From contig JANPLN010000015.1 in the NCBI GenBank assembly GCA_031426555.1, positions 96,001 to 160,000 of the forward strand: a stretch of 64,000 bases of DNA, written 5' to 3'. Positions 19,548 to 28,629 of the stretch are shown one piece after another. The DNA is from Bdellovibrionales bacterium (GTDB lineage Bacteria > Bdellovibrionota > Bdellovibrionia > Bdellovibrionales > JAGQZY01). The notes under the pieces are model-generated. The model searched no databases, was not told the DNA's origin, and saw only the letters and a program-made list of their open reading frames with translations. The number at the start of each line of letters is the position of its first letter. Within the stretch, counting starts at the first letter, position 1. The position numbers and the translations under genes are program-made.

Positions 19548-20334
19548 TAGCGAAGTTAATGTTCAGGCCACAGAGCGAATCACAGATATGGTGGCGTTAT
19601 TTGCTGCCGCGTTGATCTTTCTTTTTTTTCTTTTGGCGGGCAGTGTTTTTATCATCCAGCTAGCGGCAACACGAGTAAGTCCTAAAACCGAAAGCACATA
19701 TTTTTCGTGGATTGCAAAAAGTATGAAGGGCCACGACATTCACGACCAGGACATGGAGCGCTTCGTAAAAAAGATAACGTCCCAACAACAAATCTACAAC
19801 ATTCAGGTGACAATTGTTTGCGACAGCACACCCAATGCCTTCGCACTCCCCGGCGGAGGGATTGTCGTTAATGAAGGCCTGTTAAAAGAAATTAAAACCG
19901 AAGAAGGAATGGCCTTTGTTCTTGCGCACGAGATGGGCCATTTAGTTCAGCGCCACCATATGCGTAGTTTGGGTATGGGCTTTCTGCAAATGGTACTTTC
20001 GTGGGTGTTCCCCATGGACACCGTGGCCGTTTGGGGACTTTTCGAAAGACTGTTTACTTCGGCCTATAGTCGCGATCAAGAAGCCTCGGCCGACCTCTAC
20101 GCGCTAAAAATTATAAAGAAGATTTACGGAAGTGTTCAGGGCTCCGAAGAGTTTTTTGAAAACATTAAAAATCATCCACAGGAAAAATTTCATCGCGCAC
20201 TTTGGCTGACAAGCAGTCATCCTGGGACCGAAGCCAGAATTCAGAACATTAAAAAGCAAAGGCAAAACGAAGTGACGAAAGAACTTTTGCAAACATCACT
20301 TTTTGCAAACCTAGCGCTAAAGACGTGTCATTAA
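19516..20334 (+). CDS. M48-family zinc metallopeptidase
   Basis: PNAFALPGG, AHEMGH, YSR.QE..AD and SHP....RI motifs; ATG 19516 is in frame. Confidence 0.9.
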   Translation: MATPFIPKEVDSEVNVQATERITDMVALFAAALIFLFFLLAGSVFIIQLAATRVSPKTESTYFSWIAKSMKGHDIHDQDMERFVKKITSQQQIYNIQVTIVCDSTPNAFALPGGGIVVNEGLLKEIKTEEGMAFVLAHEMGHLVQRHHMRSLGMGFLQMVLSWVFPMDTVAVWGLFERLFTSAYSRDQEASADLYALKIIKKIYGSVQGSEEFFENIKNHPQEKFHRALWLTSSHPGTEARIQNIKKQRQNEVTKELLQTSLFANLALKTCH

Positions 20335-20831
20335 TTTGCGAGGCCAAAAAGGCTTTGCAGTGCAAGCAATCCTTCTTTAAGGTCCTTGGATTCGAAGGTA
20401 TGTTCGTTCATCTGAAATACTTGCATGTCTTTTTGATAAATTAAAACTTGTTTATTATCTTTAAAAATTAGTTTTAAAAAAGGCGACATCGGTGTGCTTA
20501 GAATTTTTTCTCGAGGATAGGGTTGAATTTCGAGCATGCAATATTTGGCGAGCCACTTTTCAACGTCCAGATAGTCGACGACGAGTTCTTTGCCGTTTTC
20601 GTCGCTTAAAACCCATTGGCGATCTTTTTCCTGCAAAGACCATTTTTTGTTCAAACCCTCTGCCTTTAATAGGCGATCCGAACACCAGTGAAGTGTTTCG
20701 CCAGAACTCGAAAAACCAAGACTGTTTAAAAAGTCTTTAGTATGACCAGTGTTTAAAAGATACATGGAAACGACGGTGGCGCTTAAGGCAATCAACAATG
20801 TGGTTATTTTGAATAAAAGTTTCCAATTCAT
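20331..20831 (-). CDS. Hypothetical membrane-anchored protein
   Basis: 166-aa ORF with an N-terminal TM, filling the gap between genes. Confidence 0.6.
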   Translation of the reverse strand: MNWKLLFKITTLLIALSATVVSMYLLNTGHTKDFLNSLGFSSSGETLHWCSDRLLKAEGLNKKWSLQEKDRQWVLSDENGKELVVDYLDVEKWLAKYCMLEIQPYPREKILSTPMSPFLKLIFKDNKQVLIYQKDMQVFQMNEHTFESKDLKEGLLALQSLFGLAN

Positions 20832-20879
20832 CGGTTCTATTTATTGACTCTTTTTTAATCTTTTTGCAATCTCCTTTTC

Positions 20880-21527
20880 ATGAACCAAATCGAAATCTCT
20901 CTATTTCCCATTCCTGGAAGCGTTTCATTGCCTTTTAGTAAAACGTCGTTGCATGTCTTTGAACCGCGCTACCGCAAAATGATCAAAGACTCCATCGAAG
21001 CCCATCGCCGCATCGGTGTGGCCCACACCCAGCGCGTGATTGCAGAGGCTAAGACACCGCCGGGTGCGCCGCTCGAAGACGTCCTCAGTAGCAATCAGAA
21101 AACCTATTCGGCCCATCCCATTTTTTCTGCGGGCTTTGCGGAAATAAAAGAAACTTTACCGGATGGCCGATTGATGATCGAAATCACCATGGATTCTCGG
21201 TACCAGATCCTTGAAGAGGTTCAGCAAATACCCTACAAAGTTGTTTTATGCGAACCCTTTAACGATGAAAATGAAATTAGTGACGCTTCCTTGCGGAGTG
21301 AGCTTGATCAGGCGTTACTGAACATTGTCGACGAGTCTGCTCAGGAGCTAAAAACCCTTCTAAACAGTAAAGAGTGGGAAGCTCAATCATTTCTTGAATA
21401 CAGCTTTAAAATTTATACCTTCGTAGGCTGCGATCCAGATATTTTACAAAAAGTTCTGGAGATGAAATCATCCATTGCGAGAGTTCAGTTTTTAAAAGAT
21501 GTCTTAACGAGGGATCGCGTTCATTAG
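20880..21527 (+). CDS. Lon protease N-terminal (LON substrate-binding) domain protein
   Basis: LFP......P.....LHVFEPRYR.MI and L.DGR motifs; no ATPase domain. Confidence 0.85.
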   Translation: MNQIEISLFPIPGSVSLPFSKTSLHVFEPRYRKMIKDSIEAHRRIGVAHTQRVIAEAKTPPGAPLEDVLSSNQKTYSAHPIFSAGFAEIKETLPDGRLMIEITMDSRYQILEEVQQIPYKVVLCEPFNDENEISDASLRSELDQALLNIVDESAQELKTLLNSKEWEAQSFLEYSFKIYTFVGCDPDILQKVLEMKSSIARVQFLKDVLTRDRVH

Positions 21528-22712
21528 ATCGATGAGATCCTGACGAGGCGGTTGCCACGGCACATGCAAGACAGGGCAAACCGGCTTTGGCCACTTGTTG
21601 AGATCATGGGTTGTCATGTTACTTCCGTTTCGAGTAGAAAAGCGCAAATCATTCAAAACCGAATTCTCCCAAAAGGGCACTCGAGCAAACTGCAGCCACG
21701 CTTGCACATCACAACGTTCAAGGAGCGGCTGCAAGTCGGTAAGTGTTGCCTGCCAACGCTGACGAATCCACAGCTCCCCAAGTGAACTCTGTTGAGCGCT
21801 TGATGGTTGTTCCTCCTCCTTGCGAGGCCACGACTTGCACTCCCGCGAATTGCCAAACAGGGAGATCGAGCCATGCGTGACACTGTACTGAGTTTCCAAT
21901 ACCTGTGGCGCCAAAAAAAACCAGCACGTGGGGTTTGAGGGCAAGGAGAAGAGCACCAAATCCAATGTTTTTTGCGATGTATTTTTGCCGAGTTCATGCG
22001 TAATCCGTAGACGGGCCCAATGTTGACTCCCCCAGAAGATTAAAACAACAGCAAAAAATAAAAACAGGCCCATGGCTCCGCGATGCACTTTTAGTAAATA
22101 CCGTTGGAGATTGAAGGCAAAACTTGCAAACATAACGGCCGCGAGCAACACGGCCGCAGGTACAAACTCATTCCACCAGCCAAAGGAATAGGCTGCTAGC
22201 GGTGGGATTAAAAGAGCCCATCGCCACTTCCCTGGTGGCAACCAAATACTAATGAGAGCAAACCATAAAAGAGGCTCGATTATAAAAATGGAGTCCAGGT
22301 AATACCAGGTATTATTAAGTGGCGCCCAGGGATGCACACCGTAGCTGTTAAAAAAATCTAAGAGCATGTGCGCCTGTAGGCCAAAAAATAAAAGCCAAAC
22401 GATGTCTTTAAAATAAATCATAAGGTCTTGCCGCACAAACCTCAGCCACATCCATGCAACACCCATGAGCAGGATTATTTGCGGAATTGTACCGGCCACC
22501 GTGTGAGTCCATCCCCGGTGATTCAACATGTAGCCGAGTGACGAGTTATCGATGAGACCGAAAAACAGATCTAAATCTGGGCAGTTGTTTGCGAAAATAG
22601 AGAAAAAATAAAAAATATTTTTAGGCGGACGAGCAGGTGAGTGTTTAAACTTTTTTTCTACATAGACTTCCGCGATTGCGGCGCCGAACAACGAGTGTGT
22701 GAGATTGTCCAT
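21504..22712 (-). CDS. Membrane-bound metal-dependent hydrolase (YdjM/YbcI-like)
   Basis: MDNLTHSL.G, PDLD, HRGWTH and H.LLD..NSYG motifs. Confidence 0.85.
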   Translation of the reverse strand: MDNLTHSLFGAAIAEVYVEKKFKHSPARPPKNIFYFFSIFANNCPDLDLFFGLIDNSSLGYMLNHRGWTHTVAGTIPQIILLMGVAWMWLRFVRQDLMIYFKDIVWLLFFGLQAHMLLDFFNSYGVHPWAPLNNTWYYLDSIFIIEPLLWFALISIWLPPGKWRWALLIPPLAAYSFGWWNEFVPAAVLLAAVMFASFAFNLQRYLLKVHRGAMGLFLFFAVVLIFWGSQHWARLRITHELGKNTSQKTLDLVLFSLPSNPTCWFFLAPQVLETQYSVTHGSISLFGNSRECKSWPRKEEEQPSSAQQSSLGELWIRQRWQATLTDLQPLLERCDVQAWLQFARVPFWENSVLNDLRFSTRNGSNMTTHDLNKWPKPVCPVLHVPWQPPRQDLIDLMNAIPR

Positions 22713-23018
22713 AAGCTATAGACTAATCTCAAAAAATGGTTTTTTACAGTGAAAATTAGGCGGCAATACGATCTTTTACCTTTGCGTAGGCATGCTCGCG
22801 AAGAATTTGATCTCATTCTTTGTCGGAATGTTCTCATCAATCAGTCGGTCAAAAATAAAATCAAAGTTCTCAAAACTTTGATTGAAAGTCTAAGCAACGA
22901 GCGATTACTAGCTGCTTAGAATGTGTGTTTTATACAGCACAATCTTTAGTCCATGTCTTCAAGATTGAAATTTGGCCAAATGGTAATACTCAAGCAACCA
23001 TTTAGACGGAGCATACAA

Positions 23019-23363
23019 ATGAATCAAAAAAATGTGGAAGATAAAGCCGCGAGTACGCTTGCTGGTGAAAAGAACGAACCTACTGTTTGGGTGAACGGAG
23101 AAACTAACTCGATGGTTTTTCCTTTTTCTATCATTGGATCGTCCGTCGGTGTGCTTGCGGGCATAGTCGCATCTGCCTATTTGAGTATGAACTACGAATT
23201 AAATAGTCAGTTTTGGTTTATACTTTTTTTAATTCCTTTGTTTTTCGTATTTTTCGGAGCTCTTGCCGGAGCTATTGTTGGCATCGGTACTCCTAGACGA
23301 AATACTGATCCGATGCAGGGTTGGTTGGTGAGTTGGCGGCGGTTTGCATACCGAAATGGTTGA
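23019..23363 (+). CDS. Hypothetical two-TM membrane protein
   Basis: GGAG SD before ATG 23019; two Gly-rich hydrophobic helices. Confidence 0.5.
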   Translation: MNQKNVEDKAASTLAGEKNEPTVWVNGETNSMVFPFSIIGSSVGVLAGIVASAYLSMNYELNSQFWFILFLIPLFFVFFGALAGAIVGIGTPRRNTDPMQGWLVSWRRFAYRNG

Positions 23364-23374
23364 TTTAACTTTGA

Positions 23375-23467
23375 GAGAAAGGCGGATTGTCTCGGGCTCC
23401 TGCCCTCGACCCTACGGGCTTCCTTTGGTCGCTAAAAAATAGCGTCCTGCTATTTTTTTCGAACCGC
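23375..23467 (-). repeat. tRNA-Ser 3'-end-derived repeat split by a 71-bp structured insert
   Basis: GAGAAAGGCGGATT (23375-88) equals 32522-35; CGAACCGC (23460-67) equals 32536-43; the insert contains hairpin AAAAAATAGC-GTCCT-GCTATTTTTT. Confidence 0.7.
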
Positions 23468-23500
23468 GGCGTTGTGGTTTGAATCGGCCATCAATCCAAC

Positions 23501-23536
23501 AAATAAAAAAACCACCTTTCGGTGGTTGTTTTATTT
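23501..23536 (-). terminator. Intrinsic terminator, probably the original tRNA-Ser terminator displaced by the island
   Basis: Minus strand reads AACCACC-GAAA-GGTGGTT-TTTTTATTT directly after the att copy of the tRNA 3' end. Confidence 0.75.
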
Positions 23537-23549
23537 GGCGGAGAAAGGC
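23535..23549. repeat. att core copy TTGGCGGAGAAAGGC (left junction)
   Basis: Identical to 32516-32530, which covers the tRNA-Ser 3' end including CCA. Confidence 0.9.
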
Positions 23550-23676
23550 TCCTCCCATATACTGTTCATAGTCGTTCACCATTGAACATTTCTTCTTTGT
23601 ATCACCGCGAAATCACTCGAACTATTTTACAGCGATGTTTTTCTGTGCACATTATGGTTCGCCTAAATACGGCTAT

Positions 23677-23700
23677 CAAGTGTAGGTAGGGTTGTAGGTA
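23677..23700 (+). repeat. Candidate integrase arm-type sites TGTAGGTA x2 (left)
   Basis: TGTAGGTA at 23681 and 23693, 12-bp period; the same pair recurs at 32443 and 32455. Confidence 0.7.
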
Positions 23701-23721
23701 GGATGTTGGAGGAGAGATTAT

Positions 23722-24975
23722 ATGTTGAGGCAAACACGCAAGCTTAGCGCCCTGGAAGTTGCTAGAATAAAAGAGGTTGGGAAACACCCACTGGGCGAGG
23801 GTTTGTATTTGCAGGTCTCAAAGTCGGGCTCTAAATCGTGGCTCTTTCGCTATTCGATTGCGAAGAAAAGTACATGGATGGGTCTTGGCTCGTGCAGCGT
23901 CGTGTCCCTCGCCGAAGTTCGAGCTAAAACCCTCTCCCTGCGCAAAACCCTATCAGATGGTGTAAATCCTCTTGTTCAGAAGAACCAAATTGAACAAGCA
24001 CAACGGTTTGACGAGGCCAAGCTTATCACATTCGATGAGTGTGCGAGTCAGTACATCGCTGCACACAAGAGCGGTTGGAAAAATATAAAGCACATATCTC
24101 AGTGGGAAAATACGCTTACGACTTTTGTTTCCCCAGTGTTTGGTAACGTTTCGATACAAGACGTGGACACATCTCTCGTCATGAGGGTGTTAGATCCGAT
24201 TTGGACTTCAAAAAATGAAACTGCCGACCGTGTAAGAGGGAGAATTGAAAGAATCATTGGTTGGGCAACGGTTAAAAAATATAGAACAGGTGATAATCCT
24301 GCACGGTGGAGAGGGCATTTAGACAACCTTTTAGCTCAAAGAAAAAAAATAAGGAAGGTTAAGCACCACAGCGCACTCCCATTTGAAGACCTCTCGGATT
24401 TTATGTTATCGCTTCGGAAAATTGATAGCGTGTCGAGTTTGGCTCTAGAATTCACGATCTTAACAGCAACGCGAACGAGCGAGGCTTTAAACGCAAAATG
24501 GGAAGAATTCAACTTAGTGGATCGGTACTGGCTGATTCCTGCGGAGCGCATGAAAGCTGGAGAAGCCCACAAGGTGCCATTGTCAGACAGAGCTGTTGAA
24601 ATTTTACGGTATTTGGAGGCACGGGCGTTTAATGAATTCGTTTTCCCTGGCAAAAAGAAGTTCAAGCCACTATCGAACATGGCGATGCTGCAAATTATAC
24701 GGCGTTTGGGCCACAGTGTTACCACTCATGGTTTTAGGTCCACTTTTAGGGACTGGGCTGCGGAAAGAACATATTTCGCGAATGAGGTGGTGGAAAAGGC
24801 CCTTGCTCATACCATTTCGAACAAGGTGGAGGCAGCATACAGACGGGGAGATTTGTTTGATAAGCGTAGAAAACTGATGAATGCATGGTCCGCGTACTGC
24901 GCAATGCATACGACAAAATCGACTGTTTTACCAATGTACTCAGACTCAAGTTTTAACGTCCACGCTGGGTCCTAA
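23722..24975 (+). CDS. P4-like tyrosine recombinase/integrase
   Basis: N-terminal arm-binding domain (GLYLQV..SG.KSW.FRY); catalytic R (TATRTSE), K (RMK), HGFR, LAH and Y (AAYRR) all intact. Confidence 0.95.
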   Translation: MLRQTRKLSALEVARIKEVGKHPLGEGLYLQVSKSGSKSWLFRYSIAKKSTWMGLGSCSVVSLAEVRAKTLSLRKTLSDGVNPLVQKNQIEQAQRFDEAKLITFDECASQYIAAHKSGWKNIKHISQWENTLTTFVSPVFGNVSIQDVDTSLVMRVLDPIWTSKNETADRVRGRIERIIGWATVKKYRTGDNPARWRGHLDNLLAQRKKIRKVKHHSALPFEDLSDFMLSLRKIDSVSSLALEFTILTATRTSEALNAKWEEFNLVDRYWLIPAERMKAGEAHKVPLSDRAVEILRYLEARAFNEFVFPGKKKFKPLSNMAMLQIIRRLGHSVTTHGFRSTFRDWAAERTYFANEVVEKALAHTISNKVEAAYRRGDLFDKRRKLMNAWSAYCAMHTTKSTVLPMYSDSSFNVHAGS

Positions 24976-25161
24976 ACAACTATAGGATTTCTATAGTCAG
25001 TTATATATTTCATATAAATTTCATATAATCCGCAGATGAGTATTATCAACCTCGTGAACGATGGTGCGTCTAAAAGGATTACCTGAAGTAAACCTAGGTA
25101 TACCTAAGGTAATACGTAAGATCGTTCTAGTGAACAGTAATGCATCCACTAGGAGGATAAA

Positions 25162-25356
25162 ATGGAAAATCAGAATACAAACGAAAAACGTAACCTACGG
25201 GTTGATGAATTCTCGAAAATTTACGGGATTTGTCGTACCAAAACTTATCAAGAAATGAAGTCAGGAAGACTCAAATTCTTCAAATGTGGGAAAACTACGC
25301 TCATTGCAAAAGAAGCCGCAGAAGACTGGCAAGCCCTACTGTCCAAGGGGGCTTAG
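25162..25356 (+). CDS. AlpA/excisionase-like HTH protein
   Basis: V.EF...YGI.RTK.Y.E.K.GRL...K.G..TLI pattern; AGGAGG SD. Confidence 0.85.
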   Translation: MENQNTNEKRNLRVDEFSKIYGICRTKTYQEMKSGRLKFFKCGKTTLIAKEAAEDWQALLSKGA

Positions 25357-25602
25357 ATGTTTTTCAAAAACTATGTGATTTCCCGTCTGCTAAGCGGGAT
25401 CACAGTCTTATTAAAACTCCTTACATTCGACGAAGAACAAAGCCAACTCAGGTTCATGATTGCAAAAATCAACGGAGACATCACTGAGGTAAATGGCACC
25501 ATTTCGATGATTATAGAGGAAGAAAAAGTAAAAAGGGCCTCGGCAAAGGCCCTCTCATCAGTTCAAAAGGATATTGTTTATGGTTCAGACTACCCAAGTT
25601 AA
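25357..25602 (+). CDS. Hypothetical protein (island)
   Basis: Abuts the alpA stop and overlaps the primase start; no recognisable motif. Confidence 0.5.
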   Translation: MFFKNYVISRLLSGITVLLKLLTFDEEQSQLRFMIAKINGDITEVNGTISMIIEEEKVKRASAKALSSVQKDIVYGSDYPS

Positions 25603-26401
25603 TTCAAAAAGTAAATATTCTAGATTGGGCCAAGCCGCAAGTTTGTACGCCAACAGATTTAGATTCTCAGTTCATCCGTTAGCTATGCACGGGAAAATTC
25701 CTATCACGAGTAACGGTTGTCGAGATGCAACTAGGGATCCGATCAAAATAATCGATTGGTGGCAAAAAACACCTTACGCAAACATTGGAATCGCAACAGG
25801 CGGTGGATCTGGAATTGGCGTTCTAGACATTGATGCTAAGCCCGATGCAAACCAAATCCTATTCGAGCTTGAAACTGAGTTTGGAAAGTTACCGGAGACT
25901 CCACATGTTCTAACTGGTGGGAGGGGACTTCATTTTTATTTTAAAGTGGATGAACCGCTTCCGAACAAAGCCGGGATCAGGGCGGGGGTGGATTTCAGGG
26001 GTGAAGGCGGCTACGTCGTGGCTCCTCCATCTACGCACTCGAATGGGAATCTTTATGAATGGGAAATATGTCATCACATTAATGACATTCCTTTGGCACC
26101 GATTCCTGTTTGGTTGAAAAACCTTGTTACCGGTGGCGCGTCGGGCCAGCCGAAGACGAGGCCAAAAAGTTTTTGGTCAGCGATGCTTGAGAGCGGCGTT
26201 ACTGAAGGAAAACGCAATCAATCTGTTGCAGAGATCACGGGTCATCTCTTGAGGCGATATATAGATCCAGAGTTAGCAATCCATATAATCAAAGCAATTA
26301 ACAATGAATATGTAAAACCTCCTCTCCCGCCCAACGAGATAGAGAGAATTGTCGAATCTATAGCGGGCAAAGAGCTAAAGCGCAGGAAGGCTTCCAAATG
26401 A
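25580..26401 (+). CDS. Bifunctional primase-polymerase (Prim-Pol) with C-terminal PriCT-1-like domain
   Basis: K.P.......AT.D, NIGIATG, VLDID, T..G.G.H.YF, D.RG.GGYVVAPPS and EG.RN motifs; AAGGA SD before ATG 25580. Confidence 0.9.
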   Translation: MVQTTQVNSKSKYSRLGQAASLYANRFRFSVHPLAMHGKIPITSNGCRDATRDPIKIIDWWQKTPYANIGIATGGGSGIGVLDIDAKPDANQILFELETEFGKLPETPHVLTGGRGLHFYFKVDEPLPNKAGIRAGVDFRGEGGYVVAPPSTHSNGNLYEWEICHHINDIPLAPIPVWLKNLVTGGASGQPKTRPKSFWSAMLESGVTEGKRNQSVAEITGHLLRRYIDPELAIHIIKAINNEYVKPPLPPNEIERIVESIAGKELKRRKASK

Positions 26402-27801
26402 GTAACCTTGATGAACTAAAAGAATTTAATCCCTCAAATAACAAGGACGAGCAGCGGATTGTTTTCAACAAAGCCAAGGCGTTTCCATCTCCTATTGCCG
26501 ATGAATCGCTCATAGGCCTCACTGGTAAGTTTGTGAGCGCGTTTGAGCCATATACCGAGGCCGATCAGCACGCCCTCCTCATTCAGTTCTTAGTAGCTTT
26601 TGCTAACATTGTCGGAAGGTCGCCATATATCGCAATAGGGGCCTCTAAGCAGCATTTAAACCTCTTTACGTGCGTTGTGGGCAACTCTTCCACCGCAAGG
26701 AAGGGTACGAGCTGGGACTGCGTTGGGATGGTTTTTAAAGCCGTGGATCCTAAATGGTGGGACGAGAAGAGAGTTTTTGGTTTGGGTTCGGGAGAGGGCC
26801 TCATCGCATCCGTTAAAGATCACGAGATCACGGACATTATGAGTATAGACTATGAGACCATAAACGATAAGCGGGCGTTAGTTATAGAGTCCGAACTAGC
26901 TTCCATGATAAATTCCATGCGACGGGAAGGGAGCACGCTTTCGGCCAATTTTAGAAACGCTTGGGACTCGGGTGACCTCAGAATCACAACCAAGAAAGAC
27001 TCGATCCGTTCGACAAATGCTCACATCTCAATGATTGGACACTGCACAGGCACTGAGCTTCAGCGTTTAATCACGGACATTGATATCAATAATGGCCTGG
27101 CGAATAGATTTATCTGGGTTTGTGCGAAAAGATCAAAGTTATTGGCGCTCCCTAAAGAGCCAAATCCTGTAGAGATTGCAACATTAGTCGAATCGTTAAA
27201 ACAGGCCAAAGAGTTTGGTGCAAAACAAACTAAGCTGACGATGAATGAGGAAAGCGAACAGCTGTACACAGAATTGTATCCAGCGCTAGTGCGAGAACGC
27301 CCAGGGATTCAAGGCGTTTTGTCTGCCCGAGCCGCTCCGATAATCCTTCGGCTATCCGGCATTTACGCAATCTTAGATAAAAGCGTAGAAATAAAACCTC
27401 AACATTTGAAGGCCGCAGTCGGTGTTTGGGAATACTCCGAGAAAAGTATTCAGTACATATTTGGCGAAAAGACGGGGAATAAACTGTCTGATCGACTGTT
27501 CGTGGCGCTTCAGAATAAACCCGGCGGGTTTACTCAAACCGAAATAAGCCGAGAGGTCTTTCGCGCAAACGCTTCCTCCGAGAAAATCGCTGAGGCTATT
27601 GAGTATCTTTCAAATCAAAATATTATCCGAAGCGTTGAGGAAACATCTGACGCGGGTCGAAAGGTGATTCGTTGGAGATTAGCCTCTACGAACTACGAAA
27701 TGAACGAATTTAACGAACTCACAGAATTCGTAAATTCGTCGAATTCGTACAATTCGTACTTCGTACCGGTGAAAAACGAGGGAGAAGAGTATGTATCTTA
27801 A
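26398..27801 (+). CDS. DUF3987/YfjI-like replicative helicase (AAA+) with C-terminal winged helix
   Basis: NL...VG.S..ARKG.S Walker-A variant, SGEGL, E.E, L...WD and NG..NRF motifs; overlaps the primase stop. Confidence 0.8.
   Translation: MSNLDELKEFNPSNNKDEQRIVFNKAKAFPSPIADESLIGLTGKFVSAFEPYTEADQHALLIQFLVAFANIVGRSPYIAIGASKQHLNLFTCVVGNSSTARKGTSWDCVGMVFKAVDPKWWDEKRVFGLGSGEGLIASVKDHEITDIMSIDYETINDKRALVIESELASMINSMRREGSTLSANFRNAWDSGDLRITTKKDSIRSTNAHISMIGHCTGTELQRLITDIDINNGLANRFIWVCAKRSKLLALPKEPNPVEIATLVESLKQAKEFGAKQTKLTMNEESEQLYTELYPALVRERPGIQGVLSARAAPIILRLSGIYAILDKSVEIKPQHLKAAVGVWEYSEKSIQYIFGEKTGNKLSDRLFVALQNKPGGFTQTEISREVFRANASSEKIAEAIEYLSNQNIIRSVEETSDAGRKVIRWRLASTNYEMNEFNELTEFVNSSNSYNSYFVPVKNEGEEYVS
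27687..27766. repeat. Inverted iteron array (4x ACGAA then 5x TTCGT), candidate replication origin
   Basis: TACGAACTACGAAATGAACGAATTTAACGAA...ATTCGTAAATTCGTCGAATTCGTACAATTCGTACTTCGTAC inside the helicase 3' end. Confidence 0.7.
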
Positions 27802-28033
27802 GAAAATGTCCGAGAGCACTGACGCAAGTTTGCAGGAGGCACTCTACCAAAGAATGAGTTTGGCCATTTCTAGAGTTGCCGAGCTTGTAGACGAAAACAC
27901 CGTGAACAGTCGTGGATTTAAAGCCTTACAAACACATACCAACAAAATAGAAACCTCATGCATAGCTGGTATTTCCAAATGGGAAGCGGCTTGGATTGAA
28001 GGTTTAACTAAACTACAAAGGAACGCACAATGA
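27791..28033 (+). CDS. Hypothetical protein (island)
   Basis: GGAG SD; overlaps both neighbours. Confidence 0.55.
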   Translation: MYLKKMSESTDASLQEALYQRMSLAISRVAELVDENTVNSRGFKALQTHTNKIETSCIAGISKWEAAWIEGLTKLQRNAQ

Positions 28034-28629
28034 AAACAAAGAAAATTATTAAAGCTAAAAGCAAGGCTCCACTGATAACAGTTGATAGCCCCAATATCTC
28101 CGACGAACTGCTAAATAAAATAAAGGAAATTAAGTTCGTGCCAAAATTCGAGACGAGTGATGGCGCTCTAAATCCGAAGGGAGATCAAGCCGCTTTTGAT
28201 CGCTACGTTGGTTTATGTAAATCCACTGGTGCCGTAAGCACAGACTTACAGAATCATTTTATTCGACAGTTGTATGCACTTAAAGGTGGCTCGAGTGACA
28301 GCCACCTAAACGCAGCCTTAGCTTTTCTACACAGCATGAAGCCCACTGACGAGATGGAAACAATGCTTGCTGCTCAAATGTTTGTAGCCCACGACATGAC
28401 CATGAATACTGCAGCTAACGTGAATCGATGCGAAGACATGGAGATGAATGATCGATATGTAAACAGGTTCGCCAAGCTTACGAACGTATTTCGAGACAAT
28501 TTAGAGGCGTTGAATAAGCATAGAGGAAAAGGTCAGCAAAAAGTGACCGTCGAACATGTTCACGTGCACAGTGGCGGGCAAGCAATAGTTGGCACAGTTG
28601 AGGGGGGAGGGGTCCATGGGAAAAAGTGA
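28030..28629 (+). CDS. Phage/satellite-type hypothetical protein of the kind seen upstream of HGGxSTG genes
   Basis: P.D..E.MLA.QM...H and R.KGQQKVTVEHVHVH.GGQAIVG motifs. Confidence 0.7.
   Translation: MKTKKIIKAKSKAPLITVDSPNISDELLNKIKEIKFVPKFETSDGALNPKGDQAAFDRYVGLCKSTGAVSTDLQNHFIRQLYALKGGSSDSHLNAALAFLHSMKPTDEMETMLAAQMFVAHDMTMNTAANVNRCEDMEMNDRYVNRFAKLTNVFRDNLEALNKHRGKGQQKVTVEHVHVHSGGQAIVGTVEGGGVHGKK

Noticed and set aside
23375..23388. Alternative left att site (14-bp tRNA match)
   Set aside because: Lacks the CCA end and lies beyond the displaced tRNA terminator; the 23535-23549 copy fits better as the junction
25534..25553. Hairpin AGGGCCT-N6-AGGCCCT before the primase as a P4 CI-like RNA or attenuator
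   Set aside because: Single short stem without a U-tract on plus; no recognisable similarity to CI RNA
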